In this document: positions 60,748 through 64,000 of the stretch, one piece after another
Numbering within the stretch: position 1 is the first letter of the stretch
How the letters are laid out: each line of letters begins with the position of its first letter
Made by a program: the position numbers and the translations under genes
NCBI GenBank assembly: GCA_033763905.1
Contig: JANRJP010000037.1
Coordinates: 64,001-128,000 of the forward strand
From: Gemmatimonadaceae bacterium
GTDB taxonomy: Bacteria; Gemmatimonadota; Gemmatimonadetes; Gemmatimonadales; Gemmatimonadaceae
Length of the DNA: 64,000 nt
Direction of reading: 5' to 3'
Notes under the pieces: model-generated
What the model was told of the DNA's origin: nothing
Databases searched by the model: none
What the model saw: the letters and a program-made list of their open reading frames with translations, nothing else

Positions 60748-62259
60748 ATGCGCTCCTCTGCCGTTCCAGGCATCGCCTCTGCCGCGTCCCGCCCCCGGGA
60801 TCGAATTCCGCTCGACCAGGCGATTCCCGCGCTCCGGGCGCGCCTGGAGGAAGTGCAGCGCGCGCTGGCGGGCGGTGCCCCGCCGACCCCACCGGCGGGC
60901 TTCGGGGCGGTGCCCGACACCCCGCCATCTCGCCGAGAGCGTGCCCTGCTGGTGCAGTTCGCGTGGACGGTCTACACGGTGACGGCTGGTCGTCCGCCCG
61001 CGCCGAAGCCGCCCGAGGAATGGCCGTGGCGACTCAATGTGCTCGTCCCACTCTCGCAGCGACGCCCGGACCTGCTGCCGGCGCTCGCGCGGCTGGTGGA
61101 TCGCGTGCTCACGGCCCCACCAATGGCGCCGCTACCGTCGGTCGCCGGTTTCGAGGAGTTGCTGCGCCGCGCCGCCCGGATGGCCGGCGATCGCCAGGCA
61201 ACCACACCGCCCGACGGCATCGAGGCGACCCTCGCCCGCTCCGCCACGAACGGCGTGACGGTCGCAATCGACTTCCATCCCCGCGACCCGGAGCCGGTGC
61301 CCAGCGTCCTCGCACGACTCCGGCTGCTGGCCGGTGTGCTGGTCTCGGCCGAGCCCGCGGACGCCCCTGAGCGTCGACGGGCGTTGTTTCGCCTCGGGTG
61401 GACCGGATGGGAGCGACTCTGGGCTGCGCCGCCCTACCGCCACGACACGCCATACGTCCTGCACGTGGGCTCGACCGACCCGCTGCCATCGCTCGCTGAC
61501 AAGCGACCGGACGTCCCGCTGGGGCTCGTGGCGTTGCTCGAAGACCTCCTCGATCAGCGACCCGTCGCACTCACCCCCTCGGTGCGCGAGGTCGCCGCGC
61601 GACTGGACGCGATCGCCATCGCGCCCGACGCGTTCGACACGTCGCACGACGCGGCGTGGGAGGTCGCCCACCAGGACGCGGCGCACACGGCACCGGCCAC
61701 ATCTTCCGTGCGCACCGTCGCTGCGGTGGCCGCGGCGGAAGCCGAGCGCGTGCTCGACGGCCTGATCGCCCTTGGAGCCATCCGTGCCGGGCCGAGCGCC
61801 GCCCACGCCCGATCCCTCGACGAGCGTATCGCGGTCGCCGGCCTCGCGTGGACCGTGTATCGCGCGCTCGCGGGAGGGCCGCCGGTGCAGTCCGACGATG
61901 TCCCGAACGCGCGCTACGTGCCGCTCGCCGATCTGCGTCGAGACGTTCCCGCGTCGCTTCTGGCGGTCGTCGATGGTACGCTCGCCCCCACGATTCCGGG
62001 AACCATTCCCGGCGTGGCCGCGTGGCTCGCCGCGCTGCGCGGCGCCGAAACCAGCGAGGCACCAGAGGACGGAAGCGATGCGACGCCGACGCTCGAGACC
62101 GAGGAACTGCCGCCCTCGCCGTCGCGGGACGCGGACAGACCGCTCCGCGCACGCCGACGGATTCGACTGCTGCCGGAGGCCGAGCCGGCGCCCCGCTGGC
62201 CGTGGGTCGCGAGCCTTGCCGTCGTGGTGGTCGTGAGCGCCCTCGCATTGCTGCGCTAG
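60748..62259 (+). CDS. hypothetical membrane-anchored protein with three Ser/Thr-kinase C-lobe-like repeats
   Basis: Fills the gap between divergent and convergent neighbours; three similar W-T-x-Y/W...PP...L..RR/KRPD repeats; C-terminal TM (WPWVASLAVVVVVSALALL). Start ATG 60748 or GTG 60712. Confidence 0.65.
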   Translation: MRSSAVPGIASAASRPRDRIPLDQAIPALRARLEEVQRALAGGAPPTPPAGFGAVPDTPPSRRERALLVQFAWTVYTVTAGRPPAPKPPEEWPWRLNVLVPLSQRRPDLLPALARLVDRVLTAPPMAPLPSVAGFEELLRRAARMAGDRQATTPPDGIEATLARSATNGVTVAIDFHPRDPEPVPSVLARLRLLAGVLVSAEPADAPERRRALFRLGWTGWERLWAAPPYRHDTPYVLHVGSTDPLPSLADKRPDVPLGLVALLEDLLDQRPVALTPSVREVAARLDAIAIAPDAFDTSHDAAWEVAHQDAAHTAPATSSVRTVAAVAAAEAERVLDGLIALGAIRAGPSAAHARSLDERIAVAGLAWTVYRALAGGPPVQSDDVPNARYVPLADLRRDVPASLLAVVDGTLAPTIPGTIPGVAAWLAALRGAETSEAPEDGSDATPTLETEELPPSPSRDADRPLRARRRIRLLPEAEPAPRWPWVASLAVVVVVSALALLR

Positions 62260-62289
62260 CGGCCCGCGCGACGCCATCGCGCGCGTCGC

Positions 62290-63504
62290 CTACGCGCGCG
62301 CCTTGCGACGATCCTTCAGCCAGTGCTGCGCCGCGTGCAGCGCGTCGGTGGCCACTTCGGCCGCCGAATGGCCGGTCGCGGCAGCGACGCGCGCCACATC
62401 ATCGAACTCGGGCTTCGGTCGCTCGCGGCCGTCGGGCAGGTGGGCCACCTTCACGCGCACACTGTGCCCGAAGCTCTGCACATCGATCATCTCGCGCGGC
62501 AGCGCGTCACGGTCCACGCGCTGGCGGCGCACGCCCAGACTAGTCGTGTGGGTCAACACCATCTGCGCCAGCGATTCCGCGTCCGCGGGGGCGCACAGCA
62601 CTTCCAACCGCGTCGCGGCGCGTCCCTTCTTCATCACGACCGGAACCAGCACGACATCCCGCGCACCGGCGGCGCGGAGCGCGTCGGCGGCAGCAGCGAC
62701 GAGTTCCGGCGTCTGATCATCGATCTCAGCCGTGAGCAACATCAGGGATTCGCGCGTGATCGCGGCGCCGAGCGTGGCGTCAGCGACATCGGCGAGAATG
62801 AGCCGGAGGACATTCGCCCGATCCGCCAGATCCTTGGTGCCGGCACCGTAGCCTTGCGCCACGGGCGTGTAGGCCGGCGGCGCCTCGGCGGTCGCCAGCA
62901 CTTTCAGGAGTGTGGCGCCAGTCGGCGTCGTCAGCTCGCCCGCACCGGTAGGGCCCGGGACGCAGGGGAAACCGCGGAGCAGCTTCACCGTCGCCGGCGT
63001 CGGCACCGGCGTCACGCCGTGTGAAAAATTCACCGTGCCGTCGCCCACCTGCACCGGTGACGTGAAGACCGCCTCGACTCCGAGCAACGCGAACCCCCAA
63101 ATGCTCCCGAGGATATCGAGAATCGCATCGACCGCGCCGACTTCGTGCAGATGCACCTTCTCGATCGTCGAGCCGTGCACCTCGGCCTCCACCAAGCCGA
63201 GCGCGGTGAACGCCTCTGCCGCTCGTGACTTCACGAGCGCCGGCGCATCACTCGCGTCGATCATCTTGAGAATGGCGGGCACGTGCCGGCCGTGCGGCTG
63301 CGGCGGAATGTCGAAGTCCACTTTGACGGCGGCAATGCCGCGCTTCTTCACGCGCGAGATCCGCGCCGTCACGCCATCGAGGCCGAGGCGCGCCGGCAGC
63401 GACTCGACGAACGCGGGGTCGAGCCCGGCGTCAATCAGCGCACCGAGTGTCATATCGCCGGAGATTCCGGCGACGGGATCCAGCAAGGCAATGCGTCGCG
63501 ACAT
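62290..63504 (-). CDS. larC: nickel pincer cofactor biosynthesis protein LarC
   Basis: GISGDMTLGAL, HLHEVGAVDAILDI, PVPTPAT, GELTTPTGA, GYGAG, MKKGR, KPEFDD. Confidence 0.92.
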   Translation of the reverse strand: MSRRIALLDPVAGISGDMTLGALIDAGLDPAFVESLPARLGLDGVTARISRVKKRGIAAVKVDFDIPPQPHGRHVPAILKMIDASDAPALVKSRAAEAFTALGLVEAEVHGSTIEKVHLHEVGAVDAILDILGSIWGFALLGVEAVFTSPVQVGDGTVNFSHGVTPVPTPATVKLLRGFPCVPGPTGAGELTTPTGATLLKVLATAEAPPAYTPVAQGYGAGTKDLADRANVLRLILADVADATLGAAITRESLMLLTAEIDDQTPELVAAAADALRAAGARDVVLVPVVMKKGRAATRLEVLCAPADAESLAQMVLTHTTSLGVRRQRVDRDALPREMIDVQSFGHSVRVKVAHLPDGRERPKPEFDDVARVAAATGHSAAEVATDALHAAQHWLKDRRKARA

Positions 63505-63515
63505 AGATCGGAAAG

Positions 63516-64000
63516 TTACCAGCGGTAGGAGGCGCCGCTGCCGGTATTGAAGAGCACCACCTCAGCGTCACGCGCCACACGTCCGGCAGCGACCAACTGC
63601 TCGAGCACGGCAAGGGCGCAGCCACCCTCGGGCGCCGCGTCCACACCGCTGGCCGACGCCAGCCGGGCGGTGGCCTCGCGCATCACGTCATCACTCACGG
63701 CCGCCGCATCACCACCCGAGGCCCGCAGCACCTGCAGGACGAGCCGGTCGCCGAGCGGCGACGGCACGCGTAGCCCCGCTGCATAGGTCCGCGGGTCGAC
63801 CGCCGGCGTCGCCGACGCGTGTCCGCCGTGGAACGCGGCGGTCAGCGGCGCGCATCCCGCCGCCTGCGCGATCACCATTCGCGGCATTCGAACGTCGGAC
63901 GGCAGCCAGCCCGCCTCCTGCATCTCGGCGAAGGCCTTCCAGATGCCGATGGTCCCCTCGCCACCACCGGTGGGATAGACGATCAGGTCGGGCAATCGCC
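63516..64000 (-). CDS. thrC: threonine synthase (PLP fold type II), 5'-truncated by window edge
   Basis: PDLIVYPTGGG.G..GIWKAF, QAAGCAP, AAGLRVP, PEG, VLFNTGSG. Confidence 0.82.
   Translation of the reverse strand, partial: RLPDLIVYPTGGGEGTIGIWKAFAEMQEAGWLPSDVRMPRMVIAQAAGCAPLTAAFHGGHASATPAVDPRTYAAGLRVPSPLGDRLVLQVLRASGGDAAAVSDDVMREATARLASASGVDAAPEGGCALAVLEQLVAAGRVARDAEVVLFNTGSGASYRW

Overview
High-GC bacterial chromosomal window. Gene content and order (futalosine mqn genes, Kdo/Lpt, rpoN, DUF885, VPS10-like hydrolase, kinase-like remnants) suggest Gemmatimonadota; this is inference. Layout: (1) 1-23907, an unbroken plus-strand run: mqnA, mqnC, ispF, dedA, xerD, trpG/pabA, an outer-membrane protein, a dipeptidase, kdsB-pyrG-kdsA-kdsC-kdsD-lptC-lptA-lptB-rpoN, a five-gene envelope glycosylation cassette and dapF. 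(2) An AT-rich gap holding a clear 28-bp dif site (24039-24066), extra XerC-arm-like half-sites, and a polarity switch of GGGNAGGG motifs, so this is probably the replication terminus. (3) An abm-type aminobenzoate/salicylate-CoA catabolic operon. (4) A PAS hybrid kinase plus a CheB-CheR-PAS fusion, tRNA-Arg(CCT) and an orphan CdiI-like gene. (5) A Gfo/Idh/MocA gene, two DUF885 genes and peptide ABC genes. (6) A mostly minus-strand housekeeping block (apt, acyP, pcm, surE, MerR, gpsA, plsY, der, DUF512, larC, thrC). The most notable unexplained items are a membrane-anchored protein made of three kinase C-lobe-like repeats with no catalytic motifs, LptB with a ~165-aa N-terminal extra domain and an internal RBS, a sigma54 site over a sigma70 promoter in front of the rpoN-containing operon, and two DUF885 paralogs with different active-site substitutions. 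No CRISPR array, rRNA, transposase or prophage was seen. All calls are by eye, without database searches.
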